A DNA stretch of 63,870 nt, the filler included, from Olpidium bornovanus S191 (lineage: Eukaryota > Fungi > Olpidiomycota), in assembly GCA_017911155.1 (NCBI GenBank). It is 31 parts of 31 records of this genome, joined end to end, with 100 filler letters (N's around TTAATTAATTAA, not from the genome) between each part and the next. Parts side by side here need not be neighbours in the genome. Positions count along the whole stretch, not along the records: positions 24,710 to 25,943 come from JAEFCI010003128.1; positions 26,044 to 29,163 come from JAEFCI010008055.1; positions 29,264 to 30,928 come from JAEFCI010003398.1; positions 31,029 to 32,610 come from JAEFCI010004857.1; positions 32,711 to 35,041 come from JAEFCI010007838.1; positions 35,142 to 38,606 come from JAEFCI010007414.1; 25 more parts are not named here. The stretch is one strand, 5' to 3'. Below the pieces are notes generated by a model, which had not been told where the DNA came from, did not search any database, and saw nothing but the letters and a program-made list of their open reading frames with translations. Of the stretch, positions 25,658 through 37,884 are shown piece by piece (positions within the stretch are counted from its first letter, which is position 1; the number at the start of each line of letters is the position of its first letter). Made by a program: the position numbers and the translations under genes.

Positions 25658-25890
25658 GGTTGATCGAAGACGATCGGAAAATAAAAGGGGAAAGGCCGTT
25701 GTTGTGTTCGACCTTGAGCTACGGAGCAGAAGGGACGCTATTTATGCTCGTCGACGTCGAGCGGGGGTCAGGTCGATGGCAAAAGCTGTTCCTTGACGTC
25801 GTGTCTGTCGATGCGGTGCGTCCGGTCCCTTCCCGCGCGGTTACCACGCGGGGCTCCGAGCTCTTGCGTGCGGTGGGGTGCGGGGGCAGT

Positions 25891-25943
<53 letters not shown>

Positions 25944-26362
25944 NNNNNNNNNNNNNNNNNNNNNNNNNNNNNNNNNNNNNNNNNNNNTTAATTAATTAAN
26001 NNNNNNNNNNNNNNNNNNNNNNNNNNNNNNNNNNNNNNNNNNNCATGACAGCGGCGGTTGGGACGGGATTTCGAATCCTTGAAGTCGCGCCGACACTACC
26101 GGCCTGCGGTACGACGTTCTGCGTAGGTTCCAGCGGTGAGCCGCGCCAGTGTCGCAAGTGATCGCTCGAGATGTGGACCTGGAGCAAAGCTGGGCTCGAC
26201 AGACAAAGCGCACACGGGCATCTACGCTTTCCCTCTATTCGCGTGCGGTCGCCCACCCGGACTCGCCTGCAGGCAACGTCCGGCCTCGTCCAGCGTTGTC
26301 GTTCTCCTCACGGCCCCGAAAAGCCCTTAAGGGGGGGGGGGGGGGTGCTAGCCTCCCTCTCC

Positions 26363-26881
26363 TTATGTCTGCATGAGCGGCGCGCCGCCCTTGCCGATGA
26401 CTACCCCACTTCCCTCCCCGTCCTTCGCTCTTCCCTTGCCCCTCTGCTGTCTCACGACTCCGACAGAGGCGCTGGACCCGTTGAACAGGACGACGCGCGA
26501 GCCGAACCAGCCGTACCGAAACGCGAGCTCGTTGGCAGCAATCTCGCCGAAACCCAGCATGATCCCGTTGACAAAAGGAATGAAGAAGTGGACAAAGGCG
26601 GCGCGGGCGAGGGCCTCGATGAAAGACGGGCGCGCGCGGAAGAGATCTCGCGGGGACAGCGGCGAGCGCAAGTAAGAGGGCGATCCGGAGCGAGGGCCCA
26701 CCAAGTACCGCGGGCTAGCAGGCGTAGGACTGAAGTCGGAGTGGTCGCCGGGGCCAGCAGCACCCGCGCCGAGAAGAAGGGGCGCGCGCGGGCGTTCGGC
26801 GTCGGCTCCCTGGCCGCCGCCGTGTTCTCTTGGTACGCTCGGCGAGGTCTCCTCCTGTTCCAGCCGCGCGTGGGAGCTCAT
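26363..26881 (-). CDS. MIM1: Mitochondrial import protein Mim1/Tom13; intronless
   Basis: FFIPFVNGIMLGFGEIAANELAFRYGWFG matches the Mim1 signature LPFxNGxMLGFGELxAxExxFRxGW. Confidence 0.88.
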   Translation of the reverse strand: MSSHARLEQEETSPSVPREHGGGQGADAERPRAPLLLGAGAAGPGDHSDFSPTPASPRYLVGPRSGSPSYLRSPLSPRDLFRARPSFIEALARAAFVHFFIPFVNGIMLGFGEIAANELAFRYGWFGSRVVLFNGSSASVGVVRQQRGKGRAKDGEGSGVVIGKGGAPLMQT

Positions 26882-27808
26882 GCCTTTTCTGTCCCGAGTG
26901 GCTCTTCGTCGTCAGCGCGGGAAGCCCCAGGTCGGCGTATTCTAGACGCAACCGTCATCTCGCGTGCTGTCACGTGATTGGCAAACTGGCAAAGGCCGTT
27001 TGCCGAGGTCACATGACGTTAACGCTTTCCAGCATTTGCGCGGCAACTCTCACGTGACCTCATCCCGTGACGCTCACGCGCGTTTCGCGCGTTCTGTTCG
27101 GGGAGGGACGACGAACGCCTGCTCCCCCCGCCGCCGTGGCCCCTCCGCCCCGCCGGACCCGCTCCCCGCCCCGAAACGCCCTCCCCGCTCCCCGCCCCTC
27201 TCTCCCTGACGCACGCAGAAACGCCCGCTGGTCGCGCTCTCTCGCCCTCTTCCTGCTCCTCCTCGTCCTCCTGCTCCTCGTCCTCCTCCTCCTCCCTCTC
27301 TTCCTCCTCATCTACCTTCTCATCCTCGCACCTAGGAGGAACCGGGGCATTTGGGCTGGGTGTGTGTTGTTCCCGCCCGCCTTCTCCCCCGCCACTTCCC
27401 CCCGTCCCCCCCCGCTCCCACTCCCTCTCCCGCCCGCTTCCCTCCCCCGCCCGGCCAAGAGAATCACGCGCGGATGTCCCGGCTTTTTCTGCAAGGAACC
27501 GAAAAAAGGGTTCCGGTTTGCCGAAGACGGCGATCACATGCGTGGCGATGGCAGACTTTACCCCGCCGTCACCGCGTCGGCGCACGCCCCCCCCCCCCCC
27601 CCCCCCCAGCCTGGTTCATTTATTTAAAGGATTTGCTAATTATGGTTCAAGGCACTTCTCCGGCTGCAACCGTTAATCGCGAACTCTTCCTCCTTCCTCC
27701 CCCAGTCACACCGAATCCCCTTGAAACAGGGCGACTGCATATCCGCAACGCGACCTCCCGGTGTTCCCGCTACCGACTTGCCGTTGATTTAAAGTCCGAC
27801 CAGACGCC

Positions 27809-29163
27809 ATGCCGCCACTGAAACCGGACGCTATTAGCTACCGGCGGAATTCCGCTCTCTGTGCGTCCACGCCTTCGGTGTACCTGGGCACGTCCACGAG
27901 CCGCGCGACGACGACGTACTTTGGATCACAGTTTCGCCGCAACGATGGGCCAACGGACATGGAGATCGACTCTCCGCCGCCTGCCGAAAAGCTCCTCTCG
28001 CATCCTTGGCGGGGCACGGTCTCCAGATCCACACTTCAGACGTCGAGCTCATGTGGTGATCGAGACCTCCCGGCTACGGCGAAGAGGCACTCCGAGCGGC
28101 CAACACGTCAGGATCCTTGGCGGGGCTCGGTCTCGAGATCTACACTTCAGACGTCGAACTCAGGTGGTCAACGAGACCTCTTGGCTACGGCAGCGAGGCA
28201 CTCCGAGCTGCCAATTCGTCTTGAACCTTGGCGCAGCGGGATCTCCAGATCCACACTTCAGACGTCGAACTCAGGCGGTGATCGGGAACTCCCGGCTACG
28301 GCAGCGAGGCATTCTGAGTTGCCAACACGTCTGGCGGGGATGAAGCGGCGCGGAGAGGCGGTGGAGCAGGACCAGCCTGCTCAGCTGAAGTCTTCCGTCC
28401 GGCAGATCGAGAAGCCACACACGCGCCGACCTTCGAAACCTACCGCGACGACCACCCGGAGAAGAGCTTGCTACTTTACAGATCCCAGCTCGTCATTGTA
28501 CCCGCGGGAGCACGCTGAAGTTGCGAAGCCGCGAGGAAGGGCAGAGGGCGCACCTCAAAAATTGGCCAGGACCGGGTCACACCACGATTACACCTTCAGC
28601 ACTGCCGTTACGGAGGCACGGCCGCCGGCCTCACAACAGCAGCCAGACGAGACGAACATGTTTAGAGACCTCTCCAACAAGAATTTTGATTTAATCGATC
28701 CTGCTCCATCGTTTTTGACAGTTTCTGCGATTCCGCCGGAGCCGCGAAGCTCGCAGAGTGTGCCGTACGGAAAGCCCACAGCAAGTATCGTTGCCAATCT
28801 AAACTGTGAACGTGCTGCCGCGATCGCCAAACACTGTAAACCTGCAATCGTTCGTGAACCTGCAACTGCAGTCGCCAAGTACTGTGAACCTGCAACCGCA
28901 GCCGCTAAGCAATGTGAACCTGCATCCGCTCTCGCCAAGCACACTGAACCTGCAATCGCGGTTGCCAAGCACTCGGAACCTCCAACCGTCGTCGCCAAAC
29001 ACTGTGAGCCTGCAATCGCGGTCACCAAGCATTGTGAACCTGCAATCGCGGTCGCCAAGCACTGTGAATCTGCAACCGCGGTGGCCTTGCACCGTGAACC
29101 TGCAATCGAGAAGGTCACCAAAAAGCCACCTCCAGTCAAGCGACCGGTTTCCGTCTCCATGGC
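27809..29163 (+). CDS. Orphan repeat protein (>450 aa, 3'-partial)
   Basis: One long open frame containing 3 x 37-aa and ~10 x 10-aa tandem repeats. No family recognised; it may be retroelement-derived. Confidence 0.5.
28004..28336 (+). repeat. 111-bp coding tandem repeat, 3 copies
   Basis: Units start at 28004, 28115 and 28226 (consensus-like PWRGxVSRSTLQTSNSGGDRDLPATAARHSELPTRxx). Confidence 0.92.
28806..29110 (+). repeat. 30-bp coding tandem repeat, ~10 copies
   Basis: Unit approximately TGTGAACCTGCAATCGCGGTCGCCAAGCAC, encoding CEPAIAVAKH. Confidence 0.92.
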
Positions 29164-29518
29164 NNNNNNNNNNNNNNNNNNNNNNNNNNNNNNNNNNNNN
29201 NNNNNNNTTAATTAATTAANNNNNNNNNNNNNNNNNNNNNNNNNNNNNNNNNNNNNNNNNNNNAGAAGAAGAAGAAAAAAATGCAGAAAACTGTAGAGGG
29301 GAGGAAAATGCGATGAAAAGATGCCGAGAGAGAGCGGCAAATGTTGGGCGCGCGGCGGCGGGCAGGAGCAGGAGGACGGGGGGGTGCGGGGGGGGGATGG
29401 AGGAGGGGGGGGGGGAAAAGGACTGGGAGGTGGCAGTCGCCCCGGAAACAAGTCCTGGAACAAAATTCCCTGCCCGACAGAACAGGGAAAGGGGTAGCGA
29501 GACGGGCCCTGCGCTAAC

Positions 29519-30744
29519 CGTCGGCCTCCGGCCCCAGCCTCGGTGAAGACGACGGCGCCTGGTGGAGGTTCGGCGTAATTTGGCAGATGTTTTTCAACTC
29601 GTCGTGCCGAAAATGCGGAGCCGACAGGCGGCGGTTGCCTTTGAAATGGTGCAGAGCGTCAAATATCGACTTGGCGTGCGACTTGAGTCCCTTCAAATCT
29701 AAAAAAAAAAAAAAGGTCAACGCGCTCCAGGATCGTTCCAAGCCTAGCGGAGGAACGGGGCGCGCAAAAGACCGAAGAAGGGCCGAAAAAAATCATCCAG
29801 GAACCCCTTTCCCCCCCGCCCGCCCCACCACCACCACGGTCCCCTCGCACCTTCCCCCTTCTCCGGGCCTTCGGGGCTCGGAGACTCTCCTCCAGTTTCC
29901 TCGGAGTTCGTCGAGACCAGGTCCGCGTCCGACTTATAACTCCTCTTGGCGTCCGTCAGCTTGATTTTGCCGGACGCCGGGAAGCCGCCCTCGGGGTGGT
30001 CCTCCGCCGCCCGCAGTCTCCCTTTTTCGCCGCCCTGCAGGCTGAGAAAGTCGACCAGCGAGTCTTTCTTCGGCAAGTCCGGGTCGAAGTGGTGCGACCC
30101 AGAGGCGGCCAGGAGTTTCGGGCTGCTGATGTCCTTGTCCTTCCGCGTGGAGCCGCGTCGGCTGACGGAACGGGACCCCAGGCTTGCCGCTTTCTCAGCA
30201 AGCGCGTCCAGCAGCGACAGGCGGGCGCGCGCGTGGGGCGTCGCGAGCTTCGGCGCTTTGTAGGCCGCGCTTTCGCCGTTGATGGCTGAAAGGAATTTTA
30301 TTCGGAATCGGTTTTAGCATCGAACTTTTTGGGGGAAACCAGAACCTAGAGGAAGCGCCATGAACCTTTTGCGAGCAGAAAAAACTTCAGCTCCGCCGCG
30401 TTCATGAAAACCGGCGGGTTTGGAAGAGACGGCCCGAATGGTGGTACGTGTTCGTTGGACACCACCGCCACCCTGAAAAAACAAAATTTTGCGCCCGACG
30501 CCCGGATATATTCAGGACGCTGTGCTTTCCGTCGGGCAGGAAGCGGCGAAAGGGTGCGTGGGGCAATTGGGGAGGGAGGGGACGAGGGGGGGGGAGAAGG
30601 GTGAACGTTTAGACCTTTACCTGTACCCCGGGCCGTTGTCAGTTCTCTCTCTCCGTACGACGATGAAGACGTGCAAAAATTGGGAGCGTATGGCGGAAGG
30701 GTCGAACGGCTGGTCGCCGTCGACAAAAACGAGGGAGACGATGT
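29519..30744 (-). CDS. Rap/Ran-GAP domain protein (Rap1GAP-like); internal and C-terminal exons
   Basis: DIVSLVFVDGDQPFDPSAIRSQFLHVFIVV...GYR|VAVVSNEHVPPFGPSLPNPPVF...KFFLLAK|AINGESAAYKAPKL...RARLSLLDAL. From memory this parallels Rap1GAP NDIVAVVF...SNFLHAYVVV / DDVPFFGPPLP...FLLTKLINAEYACYKAEKF. Confidence 0.88.
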
Positions 30745-31028
30745 CTGACGCAATAAAAAAAAGATGAAAACTGTTTCCACGCAAAACATTTTCGCACCCC
30801 GTTGTTCAATTCAACCCCGCCGCGACTTTCTCTTTTTTGTTTGCTTCCGTGTCGGCGTGGCTTCTGCCCCGTTGGGGGGGGGGGGGGGGAACGGGGAAAA
30901 AAAAAAAAAAAAAAACGCGCGCGGAGGANNNNNNNNNNNNNNNNNNNNNNNNNNNNNNNNNNNNNNNNNNNNTTAATTAATTAANNNNNNNNNNNNNNNN
31001 NNNNNNNNNNNNNNNNNNNNNNNNNNNN

Positions 31029-31061
<33 letters not shown>

Positions 31062-31386
31062 GATGGCAGGTGCGTTTTCGATCTTGTCCGGTGGGAAGAG
31101 GAGGTTGGCTCCGTCGAAGGACGCCGCGGAGGGGTTTTGGGAGCGAATTAACGAGAAAAAGGCGACCTTCCGAATGGGTTCGAACTTGTTCTCGTTCGCC
31201 CTGGGTCCCTGGCGTTTTCTTGTCAACCGGGCCCCAACCTTTTTGCCGGGAACTGTATGTGTTCTTTGTTTCTCCGGACGCGCATATCATCGGGGTCCAG
31301 CTAGCTTGCAAACTCGTTTTTTGCACAGCGATTCGTTCGGCAGCTCGCCGGAACCGAAGACGGCGGACGGAGTAAAGTAAGCGAAC

Positions 31387-32532
31387 TTGCATGGCAGCCA
31401 GATCGGTTGCTTTCAGGATTCCTGTGCTGGGAGGGCCAAGATTTGCGGTTCTCACACTCTAGATCACCTGCGCTGCTTGCGCGACAGTAAGCTTCTCCTG
31501 GAGACGTTGGAGGAAGAGACCGCCACGCAGAGCACCGGGCTCGTACGCATACGGGACGAAACCGGTGATGCGCCGTCCGTGTCGGTGCCCACTCGAAAAA
31601 CGCCACCGGGTGATCTGGCCAAGTTTGCTACAGAGTCGCTGCATTCGTATCGCTTTTCGTCAACGAACGAAAAGGTTATGGCGGAGAGCAGGAAGTCGTT
31701 CCTGTCGCGGTCGTTCGACTACATGCGGTCGAAATTTCCGAACTGGGAGCGGAATGTCGTCAGCCCGCTTGCTGCTCATTTCAGTCCTGCCGGTGAGAGC
31801 CACATACGGACGGCGCCGGCGCCGCCGCGAGGCGGAGAAGACCTCCAGGACGGCGCGCTGAAGAGTCCTGTCGCCGCTGCCCAAGTTGCAGCGACACCGG
31901 CTGGTTTGACACCCTCGGCATCAGAATCGCCAGAAAAGGATCAAAAACTCGGCGGATTGAAGCCGAAGGAACATATCTTCGTGCGCACGCAGAACTTGCA
32001 CGGAAGCTTGCCGGCGCCCACGTCGCCCGGGATCCATTTCAGCGCTGTACATTCGCCAACGAGGTATTGCCCGCGTCTTCAGGCGGTGCTGACGACGGAC
32101 AGCAGCGGACAGATTCAGGTCGCCAACGAGGCCAGCTGCCGCGTTTTTGGGTGCGCGATCAAAGACATCGTGGGGACAAATGTTCTTGAGCTGCTGACCG
32201 CCTCGTCCCGGGACACCTGCAAGCAGCAGTTTCTGATGCAGACCGACGCGGAGTCTCATGCGGGCAATGGTGTCGTGCTCCACTGCGGGAAAGTGGTACG
32301 TTGATGTATCTCACTTGCACGATTGACGAAACGGCCGTTTGCGATGGTGAGTGCGCTTACCGTTTGAAGATCTCGCGTGCTTAGCTGCAAATTTTGAGAC
32401 GTGATGGGAATACTTCGACTGCGTCACTCTGGATGAAACGGAAACAGGTCGCGGCGACAAGGCAGCATATCTTTATATGGGTTTTTGAAGAAATCGTCGC
32501 GTCCCAGGCCGAAATTAAAGTCTCGGAGGAGG
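31387..32532 (+). CDS. PAS-domain kinase (PASK/Psk1-like); N-terminal PAS region, partial
   Basis: QAVLTTDSSGQIQVANEASCRVFGCAIKDIVGTNVLELL...VLHCGKV|LQILRRDGNTSTASLWMKRK...FIWVFEEI. The kinase domain is not on this contig. Confidence 0.8.
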
Positions 32533-32772
32533 TGCGCCCCGCGTGTATGAAGCGTGCAACCAGACGCCCGTGGGCCTCCTCCGTCGCTGAGGCCAAATCC
32601 CGGTCCCATGNNNNNNNNNNNNNNNNNNNNNNNNNNNNNNNNNNNNNNNNNNNNTTAATTAATTAANNNNNNNNNNNNNNNNNNNNNNNNNNNNNNNNNN
32701 NNNNNNNNNNCATGTCATTGACGTGCGGCGCTAACGCAAAAGAAAAATAATCAAAAGGCGCCCCTCACGCAC

Positions 32773-32939
32773 ACAACTCTACTGGAAGGTCCGTGAGCTC
32801 GTTCTCGCTGAGGTTAAGCCGCTTGCAGCGCACAAGCACTTTGACGGCAGTCGGGAGATCCTTGTAGTTGTGCTTGGATAAATCGACATCGTTCCTGTTT
32901 CGGTAGCTCTTGATCTCCTTGGTCTGCGCATTGCCCATG
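32773..32939 (-). CDS. Leucine-rich-repeat protein; first exon
   Basis: MGNAQTKEIKSYRNRNDVDLSKHNYKDLPTAVKVLVRCKRLNLSENELTDLPVEL, then a GTGCGT donor. Contains an LxxLxLxxNxLxxLP repeat. Confidence 0.75.
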
Positions 32940-34079
32940 AAGGGCAACGCCTCAACAACAGTAATCCGGGGATGTGTAACGTCGAGTCCCTGCGCGGCTC
33001 GCTCTACCCGCCCGTTCCCGCCGCCGTTCGCCGGAAGACGCTAAGTGCAGTCGCAAGACTTTGGAACCCGCGGCGATCAGAAGTCGTGCGGTTTATTCCG
33101 AACGGCAGGCGCGGAGCAAGTGCCTTTGCGGGCCCGGACAGCGCGGGTTTTGTGGAACGTCTGGAACGGCGTGGTTTGTCCAAGCTGGATTACAGGCGCG
33201 CGACCGGCCCCACTCGGATAAGATGGGGCGGCGGGGATTTCGCCGTCGTCATGTCATCCGTCGTTCGGGGGATTAAGGCGCTCCTGTATGGCCCTTTGCC
33301 CGCTGGACAAACCTGGATCCCCCCGCCCACGTGGACGAACTTTGGTCCGCAAGCATGGGGTCACACGGCCGTTCCGAACGGCGCCGAGATTCGTCGGCGT
33401 ACGAGTAATCGGCATTAAGTCTCGCCCGACGGCGACTGCGGCCTGGACCAGGGGACACTGGGGGGCAGCTCTTGAGCCGCTCCACTGTCCCGCCGGCGGT
33501 CACGCCGCTGGAACGGGGATGCGTGGGCACCAATGGAAAACGCCGTTCCCCGCTGCGGGGAAGGTCGCCCTTCCTTGCGCAGTGACCTTTCCCCAAGACC
33601 TTCGCCATTAGTCGCGCCGCGCCAACTACCGGGCGCTGGGCCGCTGCGAAACGAAACTCTCGGACACTCCGACACGACCAGCGGCCTCGCGTGAAATTCC
33701 AACGACTTTGCGCGGAAGCACTGATGCTGATGAACAGCAGAACCGTCCATATGGCCTGGATTCAAGCATTAGCCACCACCTAAAACCGCGCTCTGCCCTG
33801 CGGCGTTGGGCCGTGCGCTATGCTGGAACCAAACGTGACCGGTTTCCCGAACAACGTTACGCCGAAACACATCTAAGAAAACTGCCTTCCGTGAACAAAA
33901 GCCTCTGATCGGCCCGGCGCGCCAGCGAAACAGCAGCGAATTCAACAGGATGCGTAGCCAAACATCCTTCCGGTGTAGTCAACGTAGCGACTGTACACCG
34001 GAGTCGAGCTTCTTGGGCTTTCGCAACGCAAGTCGCTCTAGGGAGTATTTTTTTTTCTAAACCTGCTCTATACATACAG

Positions 34080-34254
34080 TACCGATAGCTGGCCATACGA
34101 ATTTCCCTCGGAATCACGAAGTGGTGCGTACGCCGCCGAAAGACCCAGAAATTCAAAGCGTGTTTATAACTCTGTCCAAATGCGCCAGGGTCTAACATTT
34201 GCCTAAAATTCTTGAAGCATTCAAATGGAAACCACGAAATATTCACACACCTCG
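34080..34254 (+). CDS. Possible small exons of an unidentified gene
   Basis: Acceptor catacag, donor GTGCGT, branch-like gtctaac, acceptor ttgaag, donor GTGAGT. The reading frame is ambiguous and no family is recognised. Confidence 0.3.
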
Positions 34255-35182
34255 GTGAGTTGTCCTCTCGCAGAGATAGCGCCAGGGTTCACCCTCGGTT
34301 TTGGTTGCGGCCGCCGGTGTACCCCCTTTTTTTTTTCCTCTTGCGGCCGAGAACGCAAGGGATCAAAGGGAAGTGGAGTGCAGAGTTTACGCAGCAGGGG
34401 GGTTTGCGCTGGACGGGGGACCTAAGAGGGCTGGGAAGTTCACGTGCAGAGTTTCGATGTCGGACAGCGATCCGGCATAGCTAGCCACGCCGTCGACGGG
34501 GCAGAATGGGGAGCAAATCATTTTGGACATGGTGCGGCTCGTTTGGATCCTCGCGCGATTCTGCATCAAAATCGCCTGGTTTTGGCTCGATCAGCGCACT
34601 TCTCGTAGAACCGGGCGAAGATCTCGGCAGTCTGGGGGTCTTGAGGGGGCCGGGTCCCTACACTGCAATATGTTTCCCCATGTAACTCGGCAGAGAGGCG
34701 GTCAATTTGGTTGAAATTAAGCTCGCCGTGTGCATCTCACCAAAGCAGTTCAGACAAGCCATAGCACATCCCAGTCGTCGGCCTGGTTGCTGAGAACGGA
34801 GGGGTCAAAACGGTGAGGGCATGAGTGAATCAGAAACATAATGAAAAGGGGTATGTGTCCTTTTCGGCTAATTTTCTAGCTTCGCTTTTACCGAGTAAAC
34901 CCGGGCATTGGCGACCATTTTCATGTAAGCAGACTCGTGGTAGTGCTTTGCTAATGACGTGACACACACAGCATTTCCAAGGCTGCCTTGACCGGATTAG
35001 TGAGCAGGAACAACGCAAGTTTTAAAGCATCAATCGGGCCGNNNNNNNNNNNNNNNNNNNNNNNNNNNNNNNNNNNNNNNNNNNNTTAATTAATTAANNN
35101 NNNNNNNNNNNNNNNNNNNNNNNNNNNNNNNNNNNNNNNNNAAACTTTTGGTGGTGGGGGCGAAACTCGCGCGGACCTCTCC

Positions 35183-35221
<39 letters not shown>

Positions 35222-35368
35222 GCCTTCCCGCCCGCCCCGCCCCGCACCCCGCGCTCACCCCCCGCCCGCCCCCGCCTTCCCCGACAAATAAACAACAGGG
35301 CGGAGTCGCGACCAGGGTGCCCGCCGTGCCGCGCGTCAACCCGCCCAAAAAGATCTCGGCCGCGGGAA

Positions 35369-37573
35369 ATGCTGCAGCAGACCCCCGCGCCACTTCGTCC
35401 TCAGGCTGGCCTGGCGGGAAGGGCGGCGGCGGGCGCGGGCGCGGCGGGCGGCCAGGGCCTTTTCAGCTTCCCGAACATGAGGCCGGCGGACGTCATCAGC
35501 TGCCTGGCCGAGCTGCACGTGACGTTCACGCTCGACGACTTCGACCGGCCCAGCGCGCAGAAGATGGCCACCCTGTACGAGAGGGTCGCGGAGCTGCTGC
35601 TGGGCGTCGTCCCGGACCAGTTCTCGCTGCACGGCCGCTGCGACGACCTCTTCGCCGACGTCGCCGACTTTCCCGATACCCTCGCGGACAGCGTCGGCCA
35701 GCTGGCCTTCTTCCGCGAACTGTGAGGCCGATCACCCCCGCTTTCCCCTTTTTCCGGGCTCCGATAAAAAAAAACCCCCCCCACGCCTCGCTTTTTTTTT
35801 TTTTCCGCAGTTGAGGAGCGGGGCCTAGCCGCGCCCGCGTCGTTTTTTTTCCCCCCAAAACGGCGTCTTTCGCTCCCCCCGGAGCTCGCGCGCTAACGGC
35901 GGGCTCCCGGACCGCGCGCGCCCGCTTCGAAAACACCGCCCCTCCCCGCCCTTGTGACCGTTTGGGACCAGAGACAAACTGATGAAGGCGGTAGGAATCC
36001 TGGATCACAGCATCCGCGATTTTGCGAAGCCGGAACCGGCCCGCGTCCGTCGCATTTTGAGCGCGATGATCAACTTCATCAAATTCCGCGAGAGCTCCGC
36101 CGGGATCTTCCGCAAACACATGATGAAGACGGTAAATGGAGATCGCCCGACTGCGCAAGGCGGGGATCGAGGCGTTCGTCTTCACTTTTGAGTGCAGACC
36201 GTTTTTGGTTGATGCTCCCGCCGTTTTGGCGCGCTCACGTGGTGCAGGAAGGTTACGCAGCCCAGCGGCTAGACCTGGAACAGCAAAACGCCGCGCTCGT
36301 TGATCAGCTGGAGAGCCTGCGGTGATTGTTGCTTTCCGGCGCAGCCTCGTCTTGGATCCGCGCGGTCAGTAAGGCTTCGCCGTCTCACCGTTTTGTTCCG
36401 CCGTCTGTCGAAATGTCAGCAAGCAGCAGGAGAAGGACGCTCCTGCCGTTCGACAGGCGCAGGAGAACAATGCCGCCGTGAGGGATGTTCTGCTGGAAAT
36501 GCAGAAACGGCAGGCCGTTCTCAACGGCGACATCGATGAGCTGAAGGAAGAAAAGAAGCGGCTGGAAGAGAAAATGGGACAGGGAGATTTGGACCGTACC
36601 ACGGGGCCACGCCAGAACGCGTCTTGTCGTTCATCCGAAGTTTTTTTTCGACTTTCCCGCTCTTTTGGATTTTTTTTTTTTTTTTGCTTCTAGGGCTGAC
36701 TCTCGCGGTTTGACGTTCACTGCAGAACAACGATGCGTTCTTGATTGGGTCCTACAGGGACGAATTGGCCCGATTGCGTTTGAATATCGTCCAGAATCCC
36801 GAACAGTTAAAAGAAGTACGCGCACGGCGAAAATCCCGTTACGTCTTTCGAACTGCGAAAGCCGAGGGCGCCTGACGTCCGGAATCTCTCCAAACGTGCC
36901 CGCGGCATCCGGTTCTGAAGGTTCTCGCGGAGATGAACAACAGCCTGCTCGTCGAAAAGGCGAACCTGGCGAACGCCGAAAAGAAATCTCTTGATCTGCA
37001 GGTCAAACTCGACGTCATGGCCACTGTCGAGCAGGTTGAACGGACGATCCCGCGATTTCGGTTCGGTTTTTCCGTTTTCCCGGGCGGCGGCAAGTGGGCT
37101 CATTCCGCGCGGCTTCTCCCAAGGATCTCACCGCCTGCGTCCGGCTGGGAGAAGAGTGCGAAGCCGCGATGCGGATCTTTGACGACGCGGCGGCCCAAGT
37201 CCGGCAGCTGAAGGAGACGATGGAGAGCAGGAAGATGGAACAGCAGAAACAGGCCGTCGCGGAAGAGGTGAACTGGCAGGCGGTTTTTTCGGACGCTTCC
37301 GGGGTTCCGGGGTTTGGCCCGGGAAAACGTTCCGCTGAGGCCCCGAAACGTTTCCGCGCGCGCGCCGCCCAGTTACTGCGCAGGCAGCTGCTCGCGGCCG
37401 ACAAACGGATAGAAGACCTGCAAAAAAAGCAGGCGGAGCGGGAGACGGCCGCCGAAGCCAAGCTCCGGTCACTCCAGGAAGATTACGACGTGCTCAAGGC
37501 CGAGCAGGACCGCGTGCGCTGCCTTGTCCACGAGCACGAGAACGAGGAAAAGTCGCTCGGCGAAAAAGTTCGT

Positions 37574-37608
<35 letters not shown>

Positions 37609-37884
37609 CCCCGACCAATTTTTCCCCCGGCGGCTCGCAAAACCGCCGCGGCAACATTGTCTTAACATCGGGAAACGCTTTTCGTTTCAACCGGCCGTTC
37701 CGTCGCGGCGCAGTCCGCGGAGCTTCGACGACAGGTCGAGGCAAGCCTGCTGTCCGCCAGGCAGGATTACGCGCAGCTCCGGGACGCGGCGGAGGCGTAC
37801 ATGTGCGCCTTGGACGGCGCGCTCATTGATCCGCCGGCGGGGGCGGAGTCGTCAGAAATTCCGGAGGGGGATGCCGGCGACTGA
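35369..37884 (+). CDS. NUF2: Kinetochore protein Nuf2; apparently complete, ~8 exons
   Basis: FSFPNMRPADVISCLAEL; DKLMKAVGILDHSIRDFAKPEPARVRRILSAMINFIKFRE; RLRLNIVQNPEQLKE; a long coiled coil; stop TGA at 37882-37884. Confidence 0.93.
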
